Source: a virus. From it: a stretch of 64,000 bases of DNA. A model generated the notes under the pieces. That model made no database searches. It saw only the letters and a program-made list of their open reading frames with translations, and had not been told where the DNA came from. This document shows positions 18,969-26,991 of this stretch, piece after piece (the first letter of the stretch is position 1; each line of letters begins with the position of its first letter). The stretch covers positions 84,971-148,970 of IMG/VR virus record IMGVR_UViG_3300028392_000034, one strand, 5' to 3'. A program made the position numbers and the translations under genes.

Positions 18969-19442
18969 ATGGGAACTCGTTCACGTATCGCAGTCATGCA
19001 TGGTCCAATCGCAAAGTCTGTCTACTGTCATTGGGACGGCTATCTGGAACACAATGGTGCTATTTTGCAAGAGCATTATGACTCAAGCAAAGCCAACCAA
19101 CTGGTTGCCCTAGGCGACTTGAGTAGCCTACGCCCTGAGATTGGTGTAAAGCATCCTTTCAGTTGCTTGGATGCTGAGGCTGGTAGCGACTATGAACAAC
19201 GCTATGGCAACATGTGTACCTTTTACGATCGCGATCGCGGCGAAACAGAATGCACTTGGTCAGTAGATCATTCATTTGAAGACTTTTTGGACCGTACCAA
19301 GGGTTGCGGTGCTGAGTTTTACTATGTGATGAAAGATGGTACATGGTATGTGGGTGACACTTATGGCTCAACGGCCTTAAGCAATAAGTTAACACCATTG
19401 GCAGAAGCACTTGAAGCAGTGAAGGAAGAAGTACCTGCATGA
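18969..19442 (+). CDS. Conserved phage early protein (MGTRSRI...YCHWDGY family)
   Basis: Family motifs; RBS AAGGA. Confidence 0.8.
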   Translation: MGTRSRIAVMHGPIAKSVYCHWDGYLEHNGAILQEHYDSSKANQLVALGDLSSLRPEIGVKHPFSCLDAEAGSDYEQRYGNMCTFYDRDRGETECTWSVDHSFEDFLDRTKGCGAEFYYVMKDGTWYVGDTYGSTALSNKLTPLAEALEAVKEEVPA

Positions 19443-19666
19443 AAACCACCAGGATCAACTGTGGCGCTTGGACATTGAGCAATGATGACGTTGAACAGGC
19501 TACCAAACTGTTTGGCCCCGGTGGTACTCAAGCAGACCGTCGTTGGTTCTATAGGTTACTCGACGATAGAGAATGGCGCAAAAAAGGTCGCTTAGACACG
19601 CAGCTGGTGTTGTATTTTCGCAACAGCGTAGATGCTGTGTTTTTTGCCCTAAAAAAGGGTGGTTGA
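19439..19666 (+). CDS. Small hypothetical protein, F-x4-D-x3-F paralogue family
   Basis: LYFRNSVDAVFFALK. Confidence 0.65.
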   Translation: MKTTRINCGAWTLSNDDVEQATKLFGPGGTQADRRWFYRLLDDREWRKKGRLDTQLVLYFRNSVDAVFFALKKGG

Positions 19667-19715
19667 CCAGAAATGCCCGATTTGCTATAATACTTGTATA
19701 GAAACTAAAAAGGAG
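19661..19715 (+). repeat. Promoter-RBS module, copy 2
   Basis: Same 30-nt core as copy 1. Confidence 0.9.
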
Positions 19716-19721
19716 CCCAGA

Positions 19722-19997
19722 ATGAAAACCATTCAAGAAGTCAACCAAGCAATCATGTTCGGTAATTGGACCAATGTAGAACTGAGTAGCATGATCGATG
19801 CTGTCAAGTTTAACCGTGCCCGATTGACCAAGGACGTGAAGAATTCAATCAAGCCGGGTCAAATGGTCAAGTTTACATCAAGCCGTACCGGCAAGGTCAT
19901 GGTAGGTGATGTGACCAAAATTGCCATCAAGTTTGTCACAGTTCGCACTCCATCTGGCTTGTGGAAGGTGCCGGCCAACATGTTGGAAGCCGCATAA
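19722..19997 (+). CDS. Hypothetical early protein, SH3-like C-terminus
   Basis: Start 19722 after AGGAG; IKPGQMVKF...WKVPANML. Confidence 0.75.
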   Translation: MKTIQEVNQAIMFGNWTNVELSSMIDAVKFNRARLTKDVKNSIKPGQMVKFTSSRTGKVMVGDVTKIAIKFVTVRTPSGLWKVPANMLEAA

Positions 19998-20000
19998 AAC

Positions 20001-20055
20001 GGTTGACCAGAAACACCCATTTTTGTATAATACTTGTATAGAAACTAAAAAGGAG
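20001..20055 (+). repeat. Promoter-RBS module, copy 3
   Basis: Same 30-nt core as copy 1. Confidence 0.9.
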
Positions 20056-20061
20056 TTCAAG

Positions 20062-20409
20062 ATGTCAGTTACAGTTAACGGTATCAAAGTAGATGCAATT
20101 GTAGCCGAAGCCAAGTCAGCCGCTCGTGAAGCCGCTGAACGATTCTTCCAAGATAAACTAGGCGGCCGTGATCAGTTTGCTTGTGGCTTTGCTTGGGTTG
20201 ACATTTTTGGTGTCAAAGGCAATACCAAATTAGGCCGGGCTTTCAAAGAAGCCGGTGTCAGCAAGAGCCATACCGGTGCTTTCCAAATTTGGAATCCAGC
20301 AGGCATGTATGTTCAGAACGTGGACACACTGGAAGCCGGTGCAGAAGCAGCCGCTCAAGTGTTTAAGAAATACGGGTTCACAGCCTACGCTGGTAGCCGT
20401 TTAGATTAA
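20062..20409 (+). CDS. Conserved phage early protein (CGFAWV...SRLD family)
   Basis: Start 20062 after AGGAG. Confidence 0.8.
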   Translation: MSVTVNGIKVDAIVAEAKSAAREAAERFFQDKLGGRDQFACGFAWVDIFGVKGNTKLGRAFKEAGVSKSHTGAFQIWNPAGMYVQNVDTLEAGAEAAAQVFKKYGFTAYAGSRLD

Positions 20410-20421
20410 TTGGAGTAACAT

Positions 20422-20610
20422 ATGAATAAAGTTTTTCTTATCGTGGCATTTGTGATATTGCTTATTATACTTGCACCAATTGCAACCATTTGGTCCTTGA
20501 ATACCTTGTTTCCTGCCTTGGCAATACCCGTGACATTTGATACCTGGATGGCGTCACTGGTCCTAGGCGGTGTTGTAGGCGGCACAACTGGCGTTTCATT
20601 TAAGAAATAA
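20422..20610 (+). CDS. Small membrane protein
   Basis: Two hydrophobic segments, RBS GGAG. Confidence 0.7.
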   Translation: MNKVFLIVAFVILLIILAPIATIWSLNTLFPALAIPVTFDTWMASLVLGGVVGGTTGVSFKK

Positions 20611-20611
20611 A

Positions 20612-20776
20612 ATGAACATAGATCAAGCCTGCGAAATCATGGAAGCCTATGCTGTGCAACAAGATTTAGAAGATCTAGAGGCAATTGAGCACATGGTCGA
20701 GAACTATCGTACATTAGATCCCAAAGTTCGTCAGGCATTGAAATTTTTTATGAACACCGCAAAGGAAATGGCATGA
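20612..20776 (+). CDS. Hypothetical protein, 54 aa
   Basis: Manual: MNIDQACEIMEAY...KEMA*; fills the gap, ATGA-coupled to next gene. Confidence 0.6.
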   Translation: MNIDQACEIMEAYAVQQDLEDLEAIEHMVENYRTLDPKVRQALKFFMNTAKEMA

Positions 20777-21426
20777 AAGCGAATCGCGATACAATGGCCG
20801 CAGTTGATGCCAACTTGCTCTGGGCTGCGGCTTGCACTGCCTTCCGTATCAACAACGGTTACTATAAGCAACCCGAAATGATCGGTGATCAGGTTGTGCG
20901 TTCACCCAATCGTGTTATTGTTGAGCGAGCTTTGTCTGACGCCAGTATGATTACTGATGCTGATCGTACTATGGGTGTGGACTGTCGTCGACACTTGGCC
21001 TCGGCTGTTACCTTGCAGGCCTTGCGAACCGAACTAAACGAATGGGCTAGGATAACTGCTCGAGTGTGCAGTTTGGATGAGATTACCAGCCGTTACGATA
21101 TGAGTGTGATCACAGCCATGCCGCACGGTTATGCTAGACAATTAAGAAAAGAATCAGTAGATGCTAGACTTGCTCGTTGTGATGGCCTGGTTGGCAAGGT
21201 AGGTGACAAGGTTGAGCTCACAGTAGAAGTGGTTCGCAGCAGCTACAGTGAAAAATTTAATACTTGGTTTATCACAGCCATTACTGACAACAATCATTCA
21301 GTTTACTTTTCGTATCGTGAGTCAATCGAACCCGATACTCACACAACTATTCGTGGCACGGTGAAGCGACACAATAACCTGGCCACTCAACTCAACCGTG
21401 TCAAAGTGTTAGGAGTTTCCGAATGA
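20773..21426 (+). CDS. Hypothetical protein with C-terminal OB-fold-like domain
   Basis: VGKVGDKVELTVEVV...IRGTVKRH...TQLNRVK. Confidence 0.65.
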   Translation: MKANRDTMAAVDANLLWAAACTAFRINNGYYKQPEMIGDQVVRSPNRVIVERALSDASMITDADRTMGVDCRRHLASAVTLQALRTELNEWARITARVCSLDEITSRYDMSVITAMPHGYARQLRKESVDARLARCDGLVGKVGDKVELTVEVVRSSYSEKFNTWFITAITDNNHSVYFSYRESIEPDTHTTIRGTVKRHNNLATQLNRVKVLGVSE

Positions 21427-21551
21427 AAACATTTATCATTGGTGCCATTTTTGGTATCGTTCTCTGCACCGTGGGATTTTCGGGCATTGCTCGGATGTTT
21501 GATAACGGTGTATCCAAAGTTCAACAAGTAACCAAAGAGGCAGCACAATGA
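21423..21551 (+). CDS. Small membrane protein, 42 aa
   Basis: Manual: MKTFIIGAIFGIVLCTVGFSG...; RBS AGGAG; coupled at both ends. Confidence 0.65.
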   Translation: MKTFIIGAIFGIVLCTVGFSGIARMFDNGVSKVQQVTKEAAQ

Positions 21552-21685
21552 AATCTTTAATTGTCATTGCAATGATTGGTCTATTGACCGCGTGTAACAC
21601 CGTGTCGGGTCTTGGTAAAGATCTGTCCGGCAGCGCAGAATGGACCAAAGACAAAATCAGCAAAAAAGAATTTAATCAAAAGTGA
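21548..21685 (+). CDS. Entericidin EcnA/B-like lipoprotein, 45 aa
   Basis: Manual: MKSLIVIAMIGLLTACNTVSGLGKDLSGSAEW...; lipobox plus CNTxxGxGxD. Confidence 0.75.
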   Translation: MKSLIVIAMIGLLTACNTVSGLGKDLSGSAEWTKDKISKKEFNQK

Positions 21686-21716
21686 TACTTTTGGTTAACC
21701 GGAATCTACATTATGG

Positions 21717-21745
21717 TTGACATTCAAACAACAGTCCGCTATAAT
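21717..21745 (+). promoter_or_regulatory. Consensus sigma70 promoter followed by a 5' hairpin
   Basis: TTGACA-17-TATAAT; ATGCTAAA-CAA-TTTAGCAT just downstream. Confidence 0.85.
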
Positions 21746-21817
21746 ATGGATATGCTAAACAATTTAGCATGTGTATTTTAAATCAACTTTTTAACAGGCA
21801 ACAACGAAAGGCAACTT

Positions 21818-22150
21818 ATGTCGCAAGATAAACTTTTTACCGTAGCAGGTACCGCAACTAATTCTAACGGAACAGTGAAAGCTCGTTTCGCTAACGACTT
21901 GGTGGCTCGTATCAAGATCCTGAACAAAGCAGGATGCACCAACATCAATTTGGTTGAGCTCCCAAGCCCAATGACCAAATTGCAAGCTCTCCAGCATTTG
22001 CAGAGCTTGGGCATTACCGAAGGTGATGCTGGTTATGCTGTAGCCAACAAATTGGCTGAGAAGACCAAGGTCGCCAAGAAAGGCGAAGTCAAAGTAGCAG
22101 GCGCTAGTATCAAGGCCACTGCAAAAACTTCAGCCAAAGTAACGGCTTAA
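21818..22150 (+). CDS. Hypothetical basic protein with Lys/Ala-rich tail
   Basis: FTVAG...KARFAND; RBS GAAAGG. Confidence 0.75.
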   Translation: MSQDKLFTVAGTATNSNGTVKARFANDLVARIKILNKAGCTNINLVELPSPMTKLQALQHLQSLGITEGDAGYAVANKLAEKTKVAKKGEVKVAGASIKATAKTSAKVTA

Positions 22151-22192
22151 TAGGTACCAGGGGCAGTGCCAATAAGTCCCCTAACTTATACC

Positions 22193-22477
22193 ATGAACAA
22201 GATACTTGCAGTATCTTTTCTTTTTTTGTTATCCGGTTGTGCGGCTCCATTGGTGTGGACCGGGCTAGGCGTGTCGAGTGTGGTCGTTAACGAAACCACA
22301 GGCAAAGGCATTGCTGATCATACTGCCAGTGCAGTAACGCAACAAGACTGTAGACTTCCTAGGGCACTCAATAATCAATCCATTTGTCAAGATCCTGCAT
22401 TAACCAAAATACAATTAACTACAACTGGCACCAAGCCATCTACAGTTAGCGAAATTGAGTTGAGATATCGTCAATAA
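22193..22477 (+). CDS. Putative lipoprotein
   Basis: Lipobox LSGC after hydrophobic stretch from ATG 22193. Confidence 0.65.
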   Translation: MNKILAVSFLFLLSGCAAPLVWTGLGVSSVVVNETTGKGIADHTASAVTQQDCRLPRALNNQSICQDPALTKIQLTTTGTKPSTVSEIELRYRQ

Positions 22478-22504
22478 CTTGATCATTTGAGCTAAGTATG
22501 TTGT

Positions 22505-22735
22505 ATGTTAGACGACCTTGATTATCCCATTAGGATGGCCATTAACCAACTGTTGTTGGTTTTGTATCAGCAAGGTATTACGGAAATTCACACAGGCGGA
22601 CTCATGCGCTTGTTAGGAGTTCCAAACGAAGTTTCACAAGAGTATGACGATGAGCGTATACTGTTAGATGACGACTTTGTTAAACATGTGAGTGAATTTG
22701 GTTCACCAAGATCTTCGGATCAATCTTTACATTAA
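22505..22735 (+). CDS. Hypothetical protein
   Basis: TAAGTA 6 nt before ATG. Confidence 0.65.
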   Translation: MLDDLDYPIRMAINQLLLVLYQQGITEIHTGGLMRLLGVPNEVSQEYDDERILLDDDFVKHVSEFGSPRSSDQSLH

Positions 22736-22977
22736 TGACTGCACCTTCAAATAAAAATGGGGACGCCCTATATACGGTAATCTTACGGGCACCTGACGCA
22801 AAAAGCCAACTGACTCGATGGATCAATACTAGCCGAAACATACGGGCTCGTGTTGACGACAATCGTATGCACATCTATAATCAAAATACTTTGAGCCTGT
22901 TTATGGTCACTTGGACACATGGTTGGGACAACATGGTCATTTGGGATGCCTGGACAAAACGGCATATTAGTCTTTGA
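22735..22977 (+). CDS. Hypothetical protein
   Basis: TAATG-coupled. Confidence 0.6.
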   Translation: MTAPSNKNGDALYTVILRAPDAKSQLTRWINTSRNIRARVDDNRMHIYNQNTLSLFMVTWTHGWDNMVIWDAWTKRHISL

Positions 22978-22983
22978 TATTTC

Positions 22984-23011
22984 TTGACATCGTGTCTTTA
23001 TAGTGTATAAT
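22984..23011 (+). promoter_or_regulatory. Sigma70 promoter
   Basis: TTGACA-16-TATAAT, then GTGC-TTAG-GCAC hairpin. Confidence 0.7.
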
Positions 23012-23049
23012 TAAAGGGTGCTTAGGCACTTTATTATAAAGGAAATACA

Positions 23050-23238
23050 ATGTCACAAAACCATGACGCAATCAAAACAGCGTTTGATAACTATCTTACC
23101 GAAAACGAAAAGTTCACAGCCAAGGGTGTTAAAGCTGCCGCGGCTCGTGCTAGAAAAGCCTTGCAAGAAATGAGCAAAGCAATCAAAGAACGTCGTAAAG
23201 AAATCACAGTAGAAAAAGAAGCTCTAGCCGCAAAATAA
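23050..23238 (+). CDS. Histone H1-like Hc1 family protein
   Basis: KGVKAAAARARK...K.RRKEI pattern. Confidence 0.7.
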   Translation: MSQNHDAIKTAFDNYLTENEKFTAKGVKAAAARARKALQEMSKAIKERRKEITVEKEALAAK

Positions 23239-23239
23239 C

Positions 23240-23410
23240 ATGCGGTATAGTTCTATTACAACTATAGTAGAAGACCCTGATCACCCAGGCGAAATGTTAT
23301 TGCTCCTGGGTGATGAGCTCTGCGAACACATGGAGTGGACGGAAGGTGATGTTCTAGAGTGGATAGATAACAAGGACGGCACATGGACCTTACGCAAGAA
23401 AAAACCTTAG
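23240..23410 (+). CDS. AbrB/MazE-like small protein, 56 aa
   Basis: Manual: ...GEMLLLLGDELCEHMEWTEGDVLEWIDNKDGTWTLRKKKP*. Confidence 0.6.
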   Translation: MRYSSITTIVEDPDHPGEMLLLLGDELCEHMEWTEGDVLEWIDNKDGTWTLRKKKP

Positions 23411-23916
23411 ACGAGCTCGTCTCTGAGCTTAACGATACTGTCACAATATCGTTAGACGGCTACTATAAAAAAACCAACGGATGGGCCGATCCACAATATG
23501 GTGCTATTCCGCCGTTGACTGTGAGCAATATTGATGGCAACATCAACGGAACCACTTACAGCAACATTAGTCTTACCGGAAGTCCGTTTACATTTAGTAA
23601 TACTGCTGGGCATGTTTGGACCACCGGAACTACTAGCCCATACACTGTTAACAGTCCTTACACCATGAATCAAAGTGGTAAAGTTGTTATTCAAGGCGAT
23701 AATGCCGATCTTGTGATAGGCGAAAAAAGTATGCGAGATTGGATGGAACGGGTTGAGGAACGATTGAACATCCTAACACCTAACACCAAATTGGAAGAGG
23801 AATGGGAAGAACTCCGTGCTCTGGGCGAACAGTATCGTCAACTTGAACAGCACATCAAAGATAAACAGGCCACATGGGACCGTTTGAAGGCCATGCCACC
23901 GCCAGTGACAGAGTAA
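23383..23916 (+). CDS. Hypothetical protein with C-terminal coiled coil
   Basis: 177 aa; LEEEWEELRALGEQYRQLE. Confidence 0.7.
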   Translation: MDLTQEKTLDELVSELNDTVTISLDGYYKKTNGWADPQYGAIPPLTVSNIDGNINGTTYSNISLTGSPFTFSNTAGHVWTTGTTSPYTVNSPYTMNQSGKVVIQGDNADLVIGEKSMRDWMERVEERLNILTPNTKLEEEWEELRALGEQYRQLEQHIKDKQATWDRLKAMPPPVTE

Positions 23917-23994
23917 TATGCCCAGTTAACGGCAAAAACCTATCAAAAATCGTAGATCTTTGCCGGCATAGGGTGTATAATAATAAGTATTTTA

Positions 23995-24270
23995 GAGAGT
24001 AGAATACACAACCAAGCTAACAGATGTTTAGCGTAGGATTATAATCTTAGATCTACTCCACAACGGATGGACCAGTGCCGCAAAGCTGGTCTTTTTTAGA
24101 GAGGGCTTCGGAAATCCTCTTCATTGACAAACGGTCCGAATTGGCCAGCAACAACAGTCAATTCGGAGAATATGGCACTGAGGCCCGAGGTCTTTTGTCG
24201 AATCTACAGCCACCGTCAATGCGCTCATCCTGGGCACCTCCGCTGACACGCACAGTCTTGTGATGAGGAG
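23995..24270 (+). ncRNA. Putative structured RNA / long leader upstream of the SleB gene
   Basis: About seven stems identified by eye (see findings); TATAAT 23976 and TAAGTA 23984 upstream. Confidence 0.55.
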
Positions 24271-24276
24271 AAGGCA

Positions 24277-24837
24277 TTGAAATTAAATTCGATAACTGAC
24301 GTAGGTAACAAAATTTTTCAATTTTGTGGTTTTATGATTGTGATGTTTGCTGTAATCACAGTAACACAATATAAATTAGATATCCTAAAAGTAACAAACG
24401 AAACAGCTCGACAAGGTTTTATCAGCGTCGAGGACAGAACCAGACAACTGGCCTGTTTAACCAAAAACATCTATTGGGAAAGTGCAAGCGAACCTTTTGA
24501 AGGTAAGGTCGCTGTAGCCCAAGTCACTATTAACCGTGTAGACAGCGGCAAATTTGCATCCGATATTTGCGGTGTGGTTTATCAAAAGAACATGGTCTTA
24601 GGCCGAGAAGTTTGCCAATTCAGTTGGATGTGTGACGGATCCAGTCGAATTAGACCCATTTATCCAGCCTATTGGAAAGAGTCAGAAGAAGTGGCTAAAA
24701 AAGTATTACTAGAAGGTTTTAGACTACCCGGCTTGAAGAATGCTCTGTATTTTCATGCAGACTATGTTCAAGCTCAATGGGGCAAACCACAAGTGGCCAA
24801 AATTGGTCGACACGTATTTTATTCAGAGAGGATATAA
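24277..24837 (+). CDS. SleB-like cell wall hydrolase (Hydrolase_2)
   Basis: CLTKNIYWE, GKVAVAQVTINRV, CQFSW, ALYFHADYV, IGRHVFY; TTG start with GAGGAG. Confidence 0.9.
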   Translation: MKLNSITDVGNKIFQFCGFMIVMFAVITVTQYKLDILKVTNETARQGFISVEDRTRQLACLTKNIYWESASEPFEGKVAVAQVTINRVDSGKFASDICGVVYQKNMVLGREVCQFSWMCDGSSRIRPIYPAYWKESEEVAKKVLLEGFRLPGLKNALYFHADYVQAQWGKPQVAKIGRHVFYSERI

Positions 24838-24839
24838 AC

Positions 24840-25151
24840 ATGGAAAAACTCGACGGTTGGATCAAGTGTGCAAGAGCATGGTTAGATCAGCAATTGCCCA
24901 AAGTAAGTGCCGATACGCTAGGGTGGTTGGCTGTGATCTTAATGCATTCCGCTACCATTCCTTCTTTGATAGCGTTATTAACCGGGTTAAGTGATCGCAC
25001 TCCGGGCCTAGATATTGTGCTGTTCATTTGGGCCGGCCTGTTGTTGTTGTTTGGTCGAGCCATTGTGCTCAAGGACACCTTAAACATTGTCACAATAGGT
25101 GTTGGGTTTATAATACAAGCCGTCATAATGGCTGTGATCTTGTTCAAATAA
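24840..25151 (+). CDS. 3-TM membrane protein (PQ-loop/SemiSWEET-like?)
   Basis: Three hydrophobic segments; RBS GAGAGG. Confidence 0.6.
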   Translation: MEKLDGWIKCARAWLDQQLPKVSADTLGWLAVILMHSATIPSLIALLTGLSDRTPGLDIVLFIWAGLLLLFGRAIVLKDTLNIVTIGVGFIIQAVIMAVILFK

Positions 25152-25155
25152 ACGG

Positions 25156-25189
25156 TTGACCTGCGCCCAATTATCTGCTATAATACAGT
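25156..25189 (+). promoter_or_regulatory. Early promoter, leaderless
   Basis: TTGACC-17-TATAAT-ACAGT-ATG. Confidence 0.8.
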
Positions 25190-25420
25190 ATGATTAAGAT
25201 TTCTCAGGGTCGATCCTATAAAACTTTGCGTCCAAGTGACCCAGATTTTACATTCTCGCCTGATGGCTTTACACTGGTGTCACGAGCCGCAATTGAAATC
25301 AGTCAGCGATGTCCAGAAAACTATCAAGATCTTATACAGGAATGCATTCGTCACGGTTGGCTCAAACCTGTGGCCTATATGCGTGATACCGAATACACTA
25401 TGGAGTTATTACAAAAATGA
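25190..25420 (+). CDS. Hypothetical protein
   Basis: 76 aa directly after promoter. Confidence 0.7.
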   Translation: MIKISQGRSYKTLRPSDPDFTFSPDGFTLVSRAAIEISQRCPENYQDLIQECIRHGWLKPVAYMRDTEYTMELLQK

Positions 25421-25806
25421 CCATGCACCTAGTAGGCCCGTATCTTAGTCTCAACGGCAAAAAGAAAGGCCGAGTGAAATTTCGCAACGCCGACGAAGCT
25501 CGTAAATCACGTGAGCTCGATGCATCATGGCAAGAGTTAAAAAAGAAGTGGGAAGTAGACGCAGACGAGAAAAAACGTAGCCGGGCCTTAAAGGCCGAGC
25601 CACTCGATTATAAATTGTCCGCGCCCGCCGGCCGTTTTACCACACATCATATTCCCAGTCGCAACACTGGTGGCAATGCTACTCTAGCACCGGCCAAAGT
25701 TTACACAGGTACCAAAGTCAAAGGGATCGCTACCATGCACAAGTCAAATGCTGTTCCGGTATTTTCAGATGAGGAAGCCAAAGATATAAGTAAAATGCGT
25801 CGCTAA
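25417..25806 (+). CDS. Conserved T4-like phage hypothetical protein
   Basis: YTGTKVKGIATMHKSNAVPVF motif. Confidence 0.75.
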   Translation: MTMHLVGPYLSLNGKKKGRVKFRNADEARKSRELDASWQELKKKWEVDADEKKRSRALKAEPLDYKLSAPAGRFTTHHIPSRNTGGNATLAPAKVYTGTKVKGIATMHKSNAVPVFSDEEAKDISKMRR

Positions 25807-25824
25807 AATGAAAGAACTTATTAA

Positions 25825-26043
25825 TTGAGCAAAGAAGATGTAATAAAAATGGAAGGGGTTGTAGCAGAAGTTTTACCCAATACCATGTTTCGTATCAAAA
25901 TGGAAAACTTTGAAAAGCCTGTGCTGGCCAACCTCAGTGGTCGTATGCGTAAAAACAACATCAAGGTCCTGATGGGCGACAGTGTAGAAATGGAATTTAG
26001 TCCCTACGATCTAACCCGTGGTCGTATTACTCGCCGTAGATAA
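25825..26043 (+). CDS. infA: Translation initiation factor IF-1
   Basis: [21 protein letters not shown]...[15 protein letters not shown]...[10 protein letters not shown]; TTG start. Confidence 0.95.
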   Translation: MSKEDVIKMEGVVAEVLPNTMFRIKMENFEKPVLANLSGRMRKNNIKVLMGDSVEMEFSPYDLTRGRITRRR

Positions 26044-26050
26044 ATACCCT

Positions 26051-26605
26051 ATGCATGTTAGTATAAGACAAGATATTGAATTATTAGAAGCTTCGACTCG
26101 GCCAGCCAAGTTGGAAACCACACCTTTGCCCTACACACACAAGGCGTTGGAGCCTGTAATGAGCCCGGCTACAATTGAATACCATTACGAGCATTTGGCC
26201 AAAGGCTATGCCAAACGCTACAATGCGGGTGAAGGCAATGCAGATTTTAACCGTGCTGGTAGTTTTTTACATAATAAATTTTTTCCACAACTTCGAGAAC
26301 CCAAAGGAGCTAATCGCCCCAAAGGCGCTGTGCTAGAACTAATTGAAACCAACTTCGAAACCTACGAAGATTTTAAAGCGGCGTTCAAAGAAGTCGCGAT
26401 GAAGATTCAAGGATCAGGCTGGGTATATCTCAGCACCGCGGGCACAATTAAAACCATTCCAAACCATCAGGTTAGGACAGATATTTGTGTGCTAGTGGAC
26501 TGGTGGGAACACGCATGGAGCCTAGATTACCAATGGGACAAAGAGCGTTATCTAGATAACATCTGGAAAATTATTGACTGGAACGTTTGCAACGAAAGAA
26601 TATGA
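26051..26605 (+). CDS. sod: Fe/Mn superoxide dismutase
   Basis: [26 protein letters not shown]; start 26051 follows TAAATA. Confidence 0.9.
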   Translation: MHVSIRQDIELLEASTRPAKLETTPLPYTHKALEPVMSPATIEYHYEHLAKGYAKRYNAGEGNADFNRAGSFLHNKFFPQLREPKGANRPKGAVLELIETNFETYEDFKAAFKEVAMKIQGSGWVYLSTAGTIKTIPNHQVRTDICVLVDWWEHAWSLDYQWDKERYLDNIWKIIDWNVCNERI

Positions 26606-26928
26606 TCACAATTACCGACAACGCAGTGGCAAAAATACGAGATATCATTGCCGAAGAAAACAATCCCGAACTTAAACTACGTGTATTTGTCCAAGGCGGC
26701 GGCTGCAGCGGAATGCAATACGGTTTTACCCTAGACGAAATAAAAAACGAAGATGACTGGGACTTAAACTATAACGGAGTTCAAGTGCTAGTTGATAGCA
26801 TGAGCGGCGGATATCTACAAGGTGCAGAAGTAGACTACAAAGAAGACCAATACGGTGCTACTTTTAGTATCAAAAATCCCACAGCACAAACCACCTGTGG
26901 CTGCGGCAGTAGTTTTAGCCCAGGTTAA
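26602..26928 (+). CDS. erpA: A-type Fe-S carrier (ErpA/IscA)
   Basis: [25 protein letters not shown]. Confidence 0.92.
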   Translation: MITITDNAVAKIRDIIAEENNPELKLRVFVQGGGCSGMQYGFTLDEIKNEDDWDLNYNGVQVLVDSMSGGYLQGAEVDYKEDQYGATFSIKNPTAQTTCGCGSSFSPG

Positions 26929-26951
26929 ATAAAATACCCCACGTAGTCTAG

Positions 26952-26987
26952 AATTGGCCCTCTGCTAAATACAGCAAGAGGACAATT
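26952..26987 (+). promoter_or_regulatory. Late promoter TAAATA within an RBS-occluding hairpin
   Basis: AATTGGCCCTCTGCT-AAATAC-AGCAAGAGGACAATT. Confidence 0.65.
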
Positions 26988-26991
26988 ATCT

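Noticed and set aside
18126-20055. Repeats as a CRISPR array
   Set aside because: Spacing is hundreds to >1000 nt and contains genes; the repeats are promoter-RBS units; no cas genes
23997-24060. Canonical tRNA-Ile(GAT)
   Set aside because: No D arm, no U33, no TTC loop, CCA misplaced; kept only as a tRNA-like candidate
24075-24263. 62-aa ORF in the SleB leader
   Set aside because: GTG start, no recognisable motif, coincides with strong RNA stems
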